The notes under the pieces were generated by a model that saw nothing but the letters and a program-made list of their open reading frames with translations, had not been told where the DNA came from and did not search any database. From positions 51,398,001-51,462,000 of the forward strand of contig OX597818.1 of the NCBI GenBank assembly GCA_951406725.2: DNA of 64,000 nucleotides, in the 5' to 3' direction. Shown piece after piece: positions 1 to 10,729 of this stretch. How positions within the stretch are numbered: position 1 is the stretch's first letter; every line of letters starts with the position of its first letter. Position numbers and translations under genes: made by a program. The DNA comes from Octopus vulgaris. Lineage: Eukaryota.

Positions 1-215
1 AAGATTAACAGTTTTAGAAGTTGAATATTGCCAGGATTATTGGGTGTGTAAATACAGTTGAGGGAAACTAGCAATTAATATGAAGGTGAGTCAATTTCAG
101 TAAATATGAAAACCAAGATCAGAAATTTCAAATGGAGCTATTTTCCCTTCCAAAATATTTTTAATGTTTTCTCTTTTAAAACTGGATTCCACCCACCAAA
201 TCTAATAGGTATTTT

Positions 216-607
216 GACTCGACTTGACTTGAGACAGCATGCACCCGGGGTGGGTTGAGCTGGCTTCATTCATCCTCAATGCTGCATCTCTCACAAACGC
301 CGACCCAGACCTGGCGATTTGAGGCTAACGACCACGTGATCTCCAACCACTCCTTATTCCAGTGGCGAACGCCGTAGATATGGGGGCCTGGGTTGGGTTC
401 CAGATCAGCCTCGACTGTCATCAGCCAGGTTTTTCGTTGTCCATCACATCACTTTCGCCAACCCTGAAGGGGAGCCGGGGCAATTGCTTCGTAGATGAAT
501 TCTCCTGGTTGACGACGGAGGGCATGACCCAGCCAACGCAGACATCTCATTAGGATGACTTGTTGGGGGGAGGTGATTCTGCACTATTAAAGGCTCGCCA
601 AGCCTTC
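216..607 (-). mobile_element. 5'-truncated RTE-clade LINE 3' end (decayed ORF)
   Basis: Minus translation LRWLGHALRR...GWRK*CDGQRKTWLMTVEADLEP...YGVRHWNKEW; (TCAAG)n-like tail; 12-bp TSD AATAGGTATTTT at 204-215 and 608-619. Confidence 0.85.
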
Positions 608-816
608 AATAGGTATTTTAGTGATTACTAGTAATGCAGCCTTGTAGGATAATACAATATAAGCATACTTTACTACCAAATGACTCAATATGCCTAAATA
701 AAAACTGAAATAGGTTCATACTCTCTTCAACACTGATGTAATCTAAAGAAAGGATATGGTATCCGTGTTGAGATGCAGGAGTCGTCAGAGAAACACTGGG
801 AATTCACTAGACTGCT

Positions 817-1046
817 TTAACCCTTTTGTGACCATATTTCTGTTAAGATGCTCTGTGTTTCTTTCAATTAATTTTAAATATAACAAAGAATTTAGTAAAA
901 TAACTTAGTTATCATTAAGCTAGTGTTAGGAACATAAATTGTGACTAAGGTTTGGTAGAAGATTTTAATTCAAAACTTATGAAAACAGGACATTTGTACT
1001 ACAGAGCCAGGGGCGGTTTCAGGCAGGTTGGTATCAAAAGGGTTAA
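817..1046. mobile_element. piggyBac-like MITE (TTAA-CCCTTT...AAAGGG-TTAA), family A
   Basis: TTAA at both ends with short CCCTTT inverted termini; same ~230-bp body at 22270, 38432, 55041 and 55293. Confidence 0.75.
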
Positions 1047-1247
1047 GGACTCCAGTACCAAGTTAACAATTCTGATCTCTTCTGGTAATCAGAGTCACAG
1101 TTCATAACTAAAGAAGGAGCCTCAACATCAGTTGCAACATCACATAATGTTTCCTCCTCATCACCTATCCAAATGATAAGATGTAATTTGAGTGTGTGTG
1201 TGGCTCTTTTATAAATCTGAAATAAAGTGTTATGAAAATGGACTCAC

Positions 1248-1325
1248 AAAACTTCTCATTGAATAAGGCCTTCACTTCTTCTGCAAGCTTCTTACGATTG
1301 TTTTTGGGCTGATCTTTGCCCTTGG
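1248..1325 (-). CDS. Exon F of homeodomain/TFII-I-like gene: (A)KGKDQPKNNRKKLAEEVKALFNEKF, start of a GTF2I-like I-repeat
   Basis: Acceptor tcttttattcgtttcag, donor gtgagt, 78 nt, phase 1-1, in frame with exon E. L..EV..LFNEKF resembles the I-repeat start LRKQVEELF.RKY (recalled). Confidence 0.8.
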
Positions 1326-2242
1326 CTGAAACGAATAAAAGAAGAGAAAATATTTTTAGTCTATACAAATCACAGTTCATAGCGTGAGTGATTTAATTAA
1401 TTAACTAAAGCTGTATGAAACAAACTATTTTATTAATAATTCAAAGGAAACAAGTAATATAAATAAATGCAGTTAATTGTTTTTCTTTTTTAAGGAAATT
1501 TCTGTAGTGAGGAAAAATAAAGCCATCAATGTTTTGGATATAGTTTCTCTTCTCTGAGAGACAAAACAGTGAAGAGGAAAGATTTACACAAAATAATGGC
1601 AATAATGGTAGAATGGTGGAGGCAGCGGCCCAAGGAATTGAAATGGTGAGCTAACTATGAGAAGTAGAGTTATAAGTCTATATAGAATATATAACAGTGG
1701 TTTTGGTAAGATTTGAACTTATGCATATATAGTCAATAGTTTAGTAGTAAGTATTCTTAACTCAGTAATTAAAAAAAAGTGTCAACAAAAGAAGCTAAAT
1801 AAAATGCTAATTCCTAATGTCAAGAATCCTGGTTCAGCCACAGGTTCATAACACTAGGCTTCATTATGTTATCTTTTACTCCATTACTCCGTCACATTTT
1901 TACTCCATTTACTCTGTCACTTAGCAGTTCGGCAAAAGAGACCGATAGAATAAGTACTGGGCTTACAAAGAATAAGTCCCGGGGTCGATTTGCTCGACTA
2001 AAAGGCGGTGCTCCAGCATGGCCGCAGTCAAAATGACTGAAACAAGTAAAAGAGTACCAACAAAATAGAAATGAAGATATCACATAGAATTAATGAGACT
2101 AGTTTTGTGCAAGTTCCAAAATCAAAGGCGGTGCTAGTTCTAGAATACACATTAAAAATGCTTCCTCCGTCCCTTTGTTACAATCCAAGGCAAAAACAAA
2201 ACAAAAAGAACAAAAAAATATGTATCTTAAATGAATACCAAC

Positions 2243-2384
2243 CTAAGTAGGCAAGAAATTTGTTCTGTAATTGCTTTTCTTTTTTAAGGAAGTTTGTACC
2301 ATATTTACTACCTAGTGTGAAAACAACTGGTTTGTTGACAGCTAGACAGGCAGTTTCAACACCAAGAGATGACAATGATGAACA
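2243..2384 (-). CDS. Exon E: CSSLSSLGVETACLAVNKPVVFTLGSKYGTNFLKKEKQLQNKFLAYL, TFII-I-family N-terminal domain
   Basis: Acceptor attatttttag, donor gttggt, 142 nt, phase 0-1. Ungapped match to the recalled GTF2I/GTF2IRD1 motif C..L.....E.AC.AV....VF..G...G..F....K..Q..F..Y. Confidence 0.85.
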
Positions 2385-2705
2385 CTAAAAATAATTTATA
2401 ATAGGAACAGTTCAGTAATTAATTAGGAAGACATGACAACAAAAAAAAAAAGAAAGAAACAGGAACATAAACAACAAACAAACCAATGCTAAAGTTGAGC
2501 GAATCTCAGTAAATGTATGATTATGTTTAGTGTTAGTGCGTCTACGGTATAGCGTTATCAGTTGGGGAATTGGCTCAGATAGTAAAGCACTCTGGTTACA
2601 AATGGTAAAGAAGATCATTGCATGGATTCCCCGGGTGATAGTTCGTATTTCTTTTATGAAAATGTAGATGGCAAAGTGGATAGGATAACTAACAACCAGC
2701 AGGGT

Positions 2706-3017
2706 TGTTTGTTTTGTTTGCTCCTTCTCGAGCCATGCCTGGCTCATAAGGGCCGGTTTCCCCGCTTTCCTTGGCGCATAGGTTCCCCACCTGGACGGGA
2801 CGCCGGTCCATCACAGGTGAGCTGCAAGATGCAGGAGGAAAGAGTGAAAGAAAGTTGTGGCGAAAGAGTCAGCAGAAGTTCGCCATTACCTTCTACTGGA
2901 GCCGCATGGAGCTTAGGTGTTTTCGTTCATAAACACACACATTGCCTGGTCTGAGATTTGAACCTGCGATCCATCAACCGCGAGTCCACTGCTTTAACCA
3001 CTAGGCCATGTACCTCC
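2706..3017 (-). mobile_element. tRNA-derived SINE (OR-like head, CAA-type tail)
   Basis: Head GGAGGTACATGGCCTAGTGGTTAAAGCAG with A/B-box-like motifs; TSD AGCAGGGT at 2698-2705 and 3018-3025; homologous copy at 49378-49686 (+). Confidence 0.8.
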
Positions 3018-3207
3018 AGCAGGGTGGTTGGTGGTTCATATCCAGCCACCTGCAGAGCATTGCATTCATGTTCAAGGTAGTGTGTGATTCGCAAATGATC
3101 GGTTGCCTTAACTGAAAATAGCTACCATGAGATAAAAGTAAATTTTTGCAGTAAATAGCATCAACAGTAGAATATAAGTGACAAATGATTTATTAGCTGA
3201 CAACACT

Positions 3208-3698
3208 ATGAGTGTGATCATTGACAGAGCGGCTAACCGGCTTCCGTGCCAGTGGCACTTAAAAGGCACCGTTCGAGCGTGATCGTTACCAGCGTCGCCT
3301 TACGGGCACTCGAGCCCTGTGCTAGTAGGGTATTAAGAGCACCATCCGAGTGTGATCATTGCCAGAGTGGCTAACTGGCTTCCGTGCCAGTGGCACATAA
3401 AAGGGCACCATTCGAGCGTGATCGTTACCAACATTGCCTTACTGGCACCTGTGCCGGTGGCATGTGTAAAAAGATTCGAGCGAGGTCGTTGCCAGTACCG
3501 CCTGATTGGCCCCCGTGCCAGTGGCATGTAAAAGCACCCACTACATTCTGGGAGTGGTTGGCGTTAGGAAGGGCATCCAGCTGTAGAAACTCTGCCAGAT
3601 CAAGATTGAAGCCTGGTGCAGCCATCTAGTTCACCAGCCCTCAGTCATTCGTCCAACCCATGCTAGCATGGAAAGCGGACGTTAAACGATGATGATGA
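3208..3698 (+). mobile_element. SINE-like element with V-domain-like core and (GAT)n RTE-type tail
   Basis: GGTTGGCGTTAGGAAGGGCATCCAGCTGTAGAAAC core, tandem GTGCC.GTGGCAC modules, ends CGTTAAACGATGATG; more than 15 copies in the window. Confidence 0.8.
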
Positions 3699-4162
3699 AC
3701 ACCGTGACCAACTGCTACGATGGGTTTGGAGAGGGCAGCACTGTCCTGCGGCTACTGTAGTATGTCTAAGATGTCCATAACACCAAGACCTTTCATCGGA
3801 GATGGTGTGAAAGGAAGAATTAAATCATAAGGCACCTTTGGGTCTCAATGACGCCATAACACCAAGACCGAAGAAATCATGTTTTGAACATCTGAGACCA
3901 GCTTGGTTCCACAACATGAAGACTAATGCAAAACAATAGCAACAGGACAATGCAGTAGAGTTCCCATCCAAAATATTTGTCATCACAGAACAGAACTGAG
4001 TGGAGCTAATGAACAAACATAAACAGGAACATTAACAACAGGACTCAATCGGTTAAGCAATTATTTCATCACACAATTCTAAAGGGGTTCTTAAAAACAT
4101 TGCAATATTCAAATGCTTTAACTGATGATGATGAAGATGATGATGATGGAAATGGATCTTAC

Positions 4163-4347
4163 AGTGTGGCTGAGTTTCCCCAGTAACCCCACAATTTGTT
4201 CACGCTTGTTCTGGTTCCGGTTAGTCTCTTTTTTATCCGTCGTCTCTCTGTTTTCTTTGGTCTTGCTTCTAGATGGACTTTTCTTACTCTTTTTTGCCGC
4301 ACTCTCAAGTTCTTCATTTTCTTCACCTCCAGTATCAGAACCAAAAT
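4163..4347 (-). CDS. Exon D: (D)FGSDTGGEENEELESAAKKSKK...NKREQIVGLLGKLSHT
   Basis: Acceptor ttccgttttgtag, donor gtaaga, 185 nt, phase 1-0; joins exons C and E in frame. Confidence 0.85.
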
Positions 4348-4659
4348 CTACAAAACGGAATTCACAAAACACGCAATTATTATAAAACTTGCAACAACTT
4401 TCAAATCTTGATTTTTTTTCCCACCCACTCTTTTATTATTTTACTGTAAATGTACATGGCCTAGAGGTTAAAGTGTTGCACTCATGACTACAAGATTGTG
4501 GTTTCAAATCCTGAATCAGACGGTGCATTGTGTTCTTGAGCAAAACACTTCATTTCATATTGCTCCAGTTTCTCAAGTGTAAAATGAGTTCCAGCAATAG
4601 TTGGGAAGTTTAACATTGGACTTAATGAGGCCATGATGAAGGACATTCCCAAAGTAGTC

Positions 4660-5161
4660 ATGCAGGGGGAATGAACCTGGAACCATGTGGTTGTTAAGAG
4701 AACCTCCTAACTTTTTAGCATTCAGATTACTCTGTCTGTCAAATGACCTATTCTTTGTAAGCCTACTACTTAATCTATTGGTCTCTTTTACCAAACCGGT
4801 ATGTTACATGGACGTAAACATACCAACATTGGTTGTCAAGCGATGGTGGGTGGACAAACACAGACAATCAAACATATACATATGATGGGCTTCTTTCAGT
4901 TTCCATCTACCAAATCCACTCACAAGGCTTTAGTTGGTCAGCCTGAGGCTATAGTAGAAGACACTTGCCCAAACACAGACACTCAAACATATACATATGA
5001 TGGGCTTCTTTCAGTTTCCATCTACCAAATCCACTCACAAGGCTTTGGTCAGCCCAAGGCTATAGTAGAAGACACTTGCCCAAGGTGCCATGCAGTGGGA
5101 CTGAACCTGGAACCACGTAGTTGGTAAGCAAGCTACTTACCAAACAGCCACTCCTGTGCCT
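4660..5161 (-). mobile_element. tRNA-derived CORE-like SINE with internally duplicated core
   Basis: GGCACCTTGGGCAAGTGTCTTCTACTATAG core; segment ~4860-4970 repeated at ~4972-5080. Confidence 0.75.
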
Positions 5162-5292
5162 GTATCTAAGAATATTTTCTATCTTCCCGATTTTTTTGTT
5201 TGTTTGTTTATTTCAAATGATTATTATTATTATTATTACTGCAGACAACATCAAGAGAAACATTCAACTTCAATTATTATAATGATACAAAC

Positions 5293-5386
5293 CATCTGTA
5301 TTTCTGGATTCTGATAATTTACGTTTTCTAGTGACAGGTTCATCTATGACTAAACCATGAGCTTTGCTATATTCTTGGATCCACCG
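5293..5386 (-). CDS. Exon C: RWIQEYSKAHGLVIDEPVTRKRKLSESRNTD, homeodomain helix 3 plus NLS-like RKRK
   Basis: Acceptor cccaatttttctag, donor gtttgt, 94 nt, phase 0-1; supplies the helix-3 Trp directly after exon B (VK|RW). Below the ORF-track length cutoff. Confidence 0.85.
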
Positions 5387-5599
5387 CTAGAAAAATTGGG
5401 TAAAAAAAAACAATGAATTTTATTCTTGGAAGAGTGGAGAAATGATTTAAAGCAGAGCTGGACATTTAGACAATGTGTGTGTGTATGCCACTGTTGCAAA
5501 TCTGAGAGTGTGTGAGAGAGAGGTGAAAGGAATATTTATGGAAATATGCTTTGAGAATTTGAATATTTTAAATGCTTCAGAATAACAGAGTTGGAGGGA

Positions 5600-5649
5600 A
5601 GAGAGAGAGAGAGAGAGGAGAGAGGGAGGGAGAGAGGGAGAGAGGGAGA

Positions 5650-5726
<77 letters not shown>
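5600..5726. repeat. (GA)n / (GGAGA)n microsatellite
   Basis: Seen directly. Confidence 0.95.
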
Positions 5727-5731
<5 letters not shown>

Positions 5732-6113
5732 GTAAATCTAATGCAGCTGTTTCTACGTGGTCGTTCAACATATTAGAAATAGCAGCCAAATCTGCTTTGT
5801 ATCATACACCCTTTGAAGAAAGGAAAAGAAAAAAAAAAACCCGAAAGAAAAAGGACTCTTGGGAAATGTAGTTCTAATTATGTTTTCTGAATAAAAGGGG
5901 TAACAGTGACTAGAACAGATTTGGTTATAGTTCTGCTCTGTCAGTTCTTACAAGGGGCTTACATGGGGCTAACAAGAGCAAAAATAAGGAAAAGGGTAGA
6001 AAAGAAATAGAGATGAAAGTAAAGAAGTAACAAGAGAAGAAATTAATAGAATTTTAGTGTTTCCTTTAATCATTTTCTCTTAGTATTTACTGGCAGAAGC
6101 ATTAGTAGTATAA

Positions 6114-6682
6114 TATTGGGTTGTCCGGAAAGTTCGTGCCGATTTTTAAAGGAAAGAAAAAGGTCAATAAATACTTGCCATTACATTTTTAATCAACCAA
6201 ATATGAAACATTTTGTTGTACAATGCGTCTCCATCTTTCCTTTAACTTGAAAATACCCTCTTCCCAGAATTGAGGTGGTTTCATGGCAAAGAATTCATCA
6301 AGGTATCTTTTTACGTCATCCAAGGAATTGAAATTTTTACCTTAAGACTATTCTGCAGAGACCTGAATAAGTGGAAATCTGAAGGAGCAATATCTGATGA
6401 ATATGGAGGGTGGGGTAACACATCCCAGCCGAGCTGCAGCAATTTTTGTCTGGTTCCCAAAGCATCAAGTGCCGAAAATGAAATTTCTCATCTTTTACTT
6501 TAAAGGGTTACAGAATTAACACAAGTTATAGAAACATAAACCTTCTTTCATGAAAAGATAGCATAAACTGTGCTCTAAATGGAGGTGTAGTCAAATCCTA
6601 TTTTATGGACTCAACCATGTTCTAAAATAAGTCGAAAGGTAAGCTACTATAAATCGGCACAAACTTTCCGGACAACCCAATA
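6114..6682 (-). mobile_element. Non-autonomous mariner element
   Basis: TIRs TTGGGTTGTCCGGAAAGTTCGTGCCGATTT / AAATCGGCACAAACTTTCCGGACAACCCAA with TA flanks; minus-strand relic HPPYSSDIAPSDFHLFRSLQN. Confidence 0.9.
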
Positions 6683-6812
6683 AAAAGAAGACAGTAAGAT
6701 TTTACATTAAACCATTTGTGATTAAAATGAAAAACAACTGCCATTGTATTTAAAAAAAAGAAAAAAGAAGTGAAATTAAAATTTTGGTAAGTTCTAGTAA
6801 AGTAAACAAATA

Positions 6813-7083
6813 GCAGTGTGGAAGGTGTTTATAAGCCATTTAAAAACACACAAAAACCGTTAGATTCACTTTAACATTTAAATTTAATTTCTCAAAATAT
6901 TTTTGTTGCTTTAAGACTACAACGTGTTCACTGATAAAATTCCGTGCAGCACAGAAGTTTGTCAGTGAACAGGTTACTGTCTCAAAGCGATGAAAATATT
7001 TTGACAAATTAAATTTAAATGTTGAAGTGATTCTAACGGTTTTTGTGTGCTTTTAAATGGCTTATAAACACATTCCACACTGC
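6813..7083. repeat. Imperfect ~270-bp fold-back palindrome
   Basis: GCAGTGTGGAAGGTGTTTATAAGCCATTTAAAA... mirrored by ...TTTTAAATGGCTTATAAACACATTCCACACTGC; centre near 6948. Confidence 0.9.
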
Positions 7084-8400
7084 AACTGTTTTTGTTTCAG
7101 CACATGATCTCAGATCAGGTCACTTGCTATGCAAGTATATCTCCGTAATTTTCAGTTAAAAGCCAGTGTTTGGAACACAATAAGATTTTTGGCATAAAAT
7201 TATGAAAAAAAAGGTTCTAACTTAAATATATCTTAAATGCTTTAGTATTTAGATTATTTGAGCGTGGCCGCTGCCAGTACCGCTGGACTGGCCCTCGTGC
7301 CGGTGGCACGTAAAAGCACCCACTACACTCTTGGAGTGGTTGGCGTTTGGAAGGGCATCCAGCTGTAGAAACTCTGCCAGATCAGATTGGAGTCTGGTGC
7401 AGCCATCTGGTTCATCAGACCTCAGTCAAATCGTTCAACCAATGCTAGCATGGAAAGCAAACGTTAAACAATAACTCTGTGAAATGTAATGCATATTTAT
7501 TCGTTGTCATCATCACCATCATCAATATCCGTTTTCCATGTTGGTATGGGCCAGATGGTTTGATGAATTGGTATGGCTGGCAGCTGCACCAGGCACCAGC
7601 TATCTGTTTTGGCATGGTTTCTATGGATGGATGCCCTTCCTAATGCCAACCACTTTATAAAGGTCTGCTGGGAGCTTTCTTCTATGTGGCACCAGCACGA
7701 ATACCTTTTACATGGCACCAATCATGCATTAACTCATTGCTTTGAGATTTCAATGACATGATTGCTTATTCGCAAGGCTTTGGTCAGCCTGAGGCTATAG
7801 TAGAAGACATTGTAAAGTAGGTGAGACGCCAGATGTGGCTAGTAAGAGCATAAACCAAGTAGAATATTTGGGTTGGATATGGCCAGTTTAAATGTTAATG
7901 GCTTAACCCTTTAGCATTCAGATTACTCAATCAAGTCAGATCTGGCAGTGTTTCTACAGCTGGATGCTCTTCCTAACGCCAACCACTCCGTGAGTGTAGT
8001 GGGTGCGTTTTATGTGCCACCGACACAGGTGCCAGACGAGGCTGGCGAACGGCCACGCTCGGATGGTGTTTTTTATGTGCCACCGACACATAATAGTAAT
8101 AATAATAATAATAGTAGTAGTAGTAGTAGTAGTAGTAGTAATAATAATAATAACTGGAACAGCTCATGTACTGAAAAGAGCATTATTGCTGTGAAAACAA
8201 CATCCATCCATGAATTTATTTATTTTTAAATACATATTTTATTGGTGAATTTGTGTGTGTAATCTGGGAATGCATACAATGAGCTTCTCTGCCCTAGGTG
8301 TACGGAAAACACTTGGCGAGAAACAGAAGAAAATTTGAAGAAAGAAGGAAAAAAAAAAAAAAAAAAAAATAATAATAATAATAATAGTAATGCAACTTAC

Positions 8401-8571
8401 TTTTACTCGAGCTGATGAAATTCCAATACATTCAGCAGTATCGTCAATCATCTTCCAACAGTCACGGGACACGGACACCATTCCTAGTTGCCATTGTGAC
8501 TCTAGAAAGGCCAGCTGTGTGTCATTGAATTCCGAACATCTGCGAATAGGCCTTTGATCAACAGAGTTATT
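8401..8571 (-). CDS. Exon B: NNSVDQRPIRRCSEFNDTQLAFLESQWQLGMVSVSRDCWKMIDDTAECIGISSARVK, HDX-like homeodomain helices 1-2
   Basis: Branch-like TACTAAT, tract ctctgtccgtgtcctctttacag, donor gtaagt, 171 nt, phase 0-0. F...QL..L...W..GM......C...I...A pattern resembles HDX homeodomains (recalled). Confidence 0.85.
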
Positions 8572-8677
8572 CTGTAAAGAGGACACGGACAGAGATGGAG
8601 GATGATTCAAAACTACAGGATTAGTATGGCAGTAGATTACAGATACAGAGTTCAAATCTTTCCCGGGTCTACTTTAC

Positions 8678-8689
8678 TTTTCCCTCTTC
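8678..8689 (-). CDS. Candidate 12-nt microexon (EEGK)
   Basis: ttgtttatgtag|GAAGAGGGAAAA|gtaaag; phase 0-0, fits in frame between exons A and B. Confidence 0.4.
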
Positions 8690-9097
8690 CTACATAAACA
8701 ATGTTCCAGGTGATTATATAACATAAGCAGTAAAGTTAAATCTGAATGATTACAACCCTTAAAAGTGGGGTCCAGCAAGGAAACACTTACAATGACTGAA
8801 AAAACAAACCAATGAGGGAGTTGCTAAATGGTTGCTTGATCTGGTAGAAATAACAGCTAAATTTCCTTTAAACCACACCATACTGTCTTTAAAAAGATGG
8901 ATACGTTGTAAAGACATAATGGATAGTGCATTCTAGAGTATCTTATTCCTGGGAGGGGATGGCTAAAATACTTTTGATCATAGGTCCACTTAATCAAAGC
9001 AACCATGGAGTTAAAGTAAAAGCTACAAACTCCTGAATTCTTCCTAGAAATGTTAGCACATCTGATTCAATTAGAGGTTAACTCTGAAAGCTATGTT

Positions 9098-9551
9098 CAT
9101 CATCATCATCGTTTAACATCCGCTCTCCATGCTAGCATGGGTTGGACGATTTGACCGAAGTCTGGCGAACCAGATGGCTGCACCAGGCTCCAATCTGATC
9201 TGGCAGTTTCTACAGCTGGATACCCTTCCTACTGCCAACCACTCCGAGAGTGTAGTGGGTGCTTTTACGTGCCACCAGCACGAGGGCCAATCAGGCGGTA
9301 CTGGCAACGGCCACACTCAAAAGGTGCTTTTTATGTGCCACCTGCACAGGAGCCAGTCCCACGGCACTGGCAATGACCTCGCTCGAATGTTTTTCACGTG
9401 CCAGTAAGGCGACGCAGGTAATGATCACGCTAGAATGGTGCTTTTTACGTGCCACCGGCATGGAGGCCAGCCTGTTGCTCTGGCAATGATCACGCTTGTA
9501 TGGTACTCTTAGCGCTCCACTAGCATGGATGCCAGTCATTGAATTTGATTT
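9098..9551 (-). mobile_element. V-domain-like SINE copy
   Basis: Same family as 3208; (CAT)n at the left end. Confidence 0.8.
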
Positions 9552-9833
9552 CAGCAGTTTTATTAAGTTATCTGATTATGACTTCAAACTTCTTGAGTTC
9601 ATAATCTTCTGTAGATATATCATGGCATTTCTGTGAGCAGACAATTGATTCACTATGCTGCAAATTGCTGATGATGAAGAGCAGGCACCGAAATTTCCTG
9701 AGAAGGTTTTTATGGGACAAACTAATTCCCTACCAGAGGGTATATCAACACCTCTCTTGCCTAATGACACCCCATCATTGTTTTAATGTTCACTTTTCCA
9801 TGCTTGTCTGGATCAGTTGGCATTTATTGCAGG

Positions 9834-10207
9834 CTAGCACTATGACCCGGCAATGCTGGGTCATAGTGCTAGTGCATGCATATACAGCTGCGTGCATGCG
9901 CACATACACGCGAGTACTGTCCAAATCTCCGACCAATCACATACAGCTAGCTGGCATTCAATCAGCGTATCAAGTTTCGGGCATTTTGATTGGGTTTTGG
10001 ATAGAAAATTCACAAAAAAGTCACTTCTATTGATTTTTTAATGACTTTGCAGGGTGACTGGGGAAATGTAAAGATGTGCACGACCACCCTTGGACAGTTT
10101 TGAATGACCATAGAAAGTGCAAACCCTCTAACTGAAAAATTGTGGATTTGTATAAAGGATACGCACACAGACACAGACAGACATTTTGCCGTTTATATAT
10201 AGAGAGA
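9834..10207 (-). mobile_element. Non-autonomous Helitron-like element inserted in a SINE relic
   Basis: Minus 5' end TCTCTCTATATATAAACGGC..GTCTGTCTG; 3' GC-rich hairpin ending CTAG; the flanks rejoin into a SINE relic. Confidence 0.65.
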
Positions 10208-10553
10208 TTTTCTACAGTTGGATGCTCTTCCTGTCATCAACCCTACATGTGTTTCCAAGCAAGGTAACATATCCCCATGGTCAGGCATTTTCCACAGATT
10301 ATTGGAAACAAGTAGCATTGCATGATAGTAGTATACATTTACATCTACCACATGATGCCAAGACAAGGAAACACAAACACACAGGCATGGCTGTGTGGTA
10401 AGAGGCTTGCTTCCCAACCACTTGGTTTCAAGTTCAGTCTACCATGTGGTAGAAGAATTAAAACATTGAACTTGCTCAAGGCTGCAGTCCAATGATTGAA
10501 ACAAGCGAAAGAGCTATATAAAGAATTTAAGAGGCTAAAGTTTATATACTGAC

Positions 10554-10729
10554 CTGTACTGATCGTGCACTGCGTCCCCTTCGAAGCTCAATGTGGGATT
10601 CTGAATCTGGTGTCTGCATGGTTTGTTCTTTGTTTGTTGTGTCAGAATCACTTATGTTGTCTTTGGTCTTAGAGCTTTCATGGCTTTTGGTTTTTGCAGG
10701 TGACCAGATAGGCTTTCTTTGTTGAGAAT
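10554..10729 (-). CDS. Exon A: (D)SQQRKPIWSPAKTK...ELRRGRSARSVQ, low-complexity linker
   Basis: Acceptor tttttttaccag, donor CAG|gtcagt, 176 nt; only one frame open, phase 1-0, compatible with exon B. Confidence 0.75.

Noticed and set aside
120-200. Minus-strand ENIKNILEGK resembling the I-repeat L..IL helix
   Set aside because: Upstream in-frame stop, no splice acceptor, and it abuts a LINE insertion.
730-800. Minus-strand STRIPYPFF resembling the I-repeat IPYPLF, a possible next exon
   Set aside because: In-frame TGA follows within six codons, there is no GLP motif, and no phase-1 acceptor.
8572-8655. N-terminal part of ORF 8239..8655 as coding
   Set aside because: It is intron (branch point plus pyrimidine tract), with a stop at 8674-8676 in that frame.
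9576-9790. Short ORFs on both strands in intron A-B
   Set aside because: No convincing splice sites or motif; exons A and B already join in frame.
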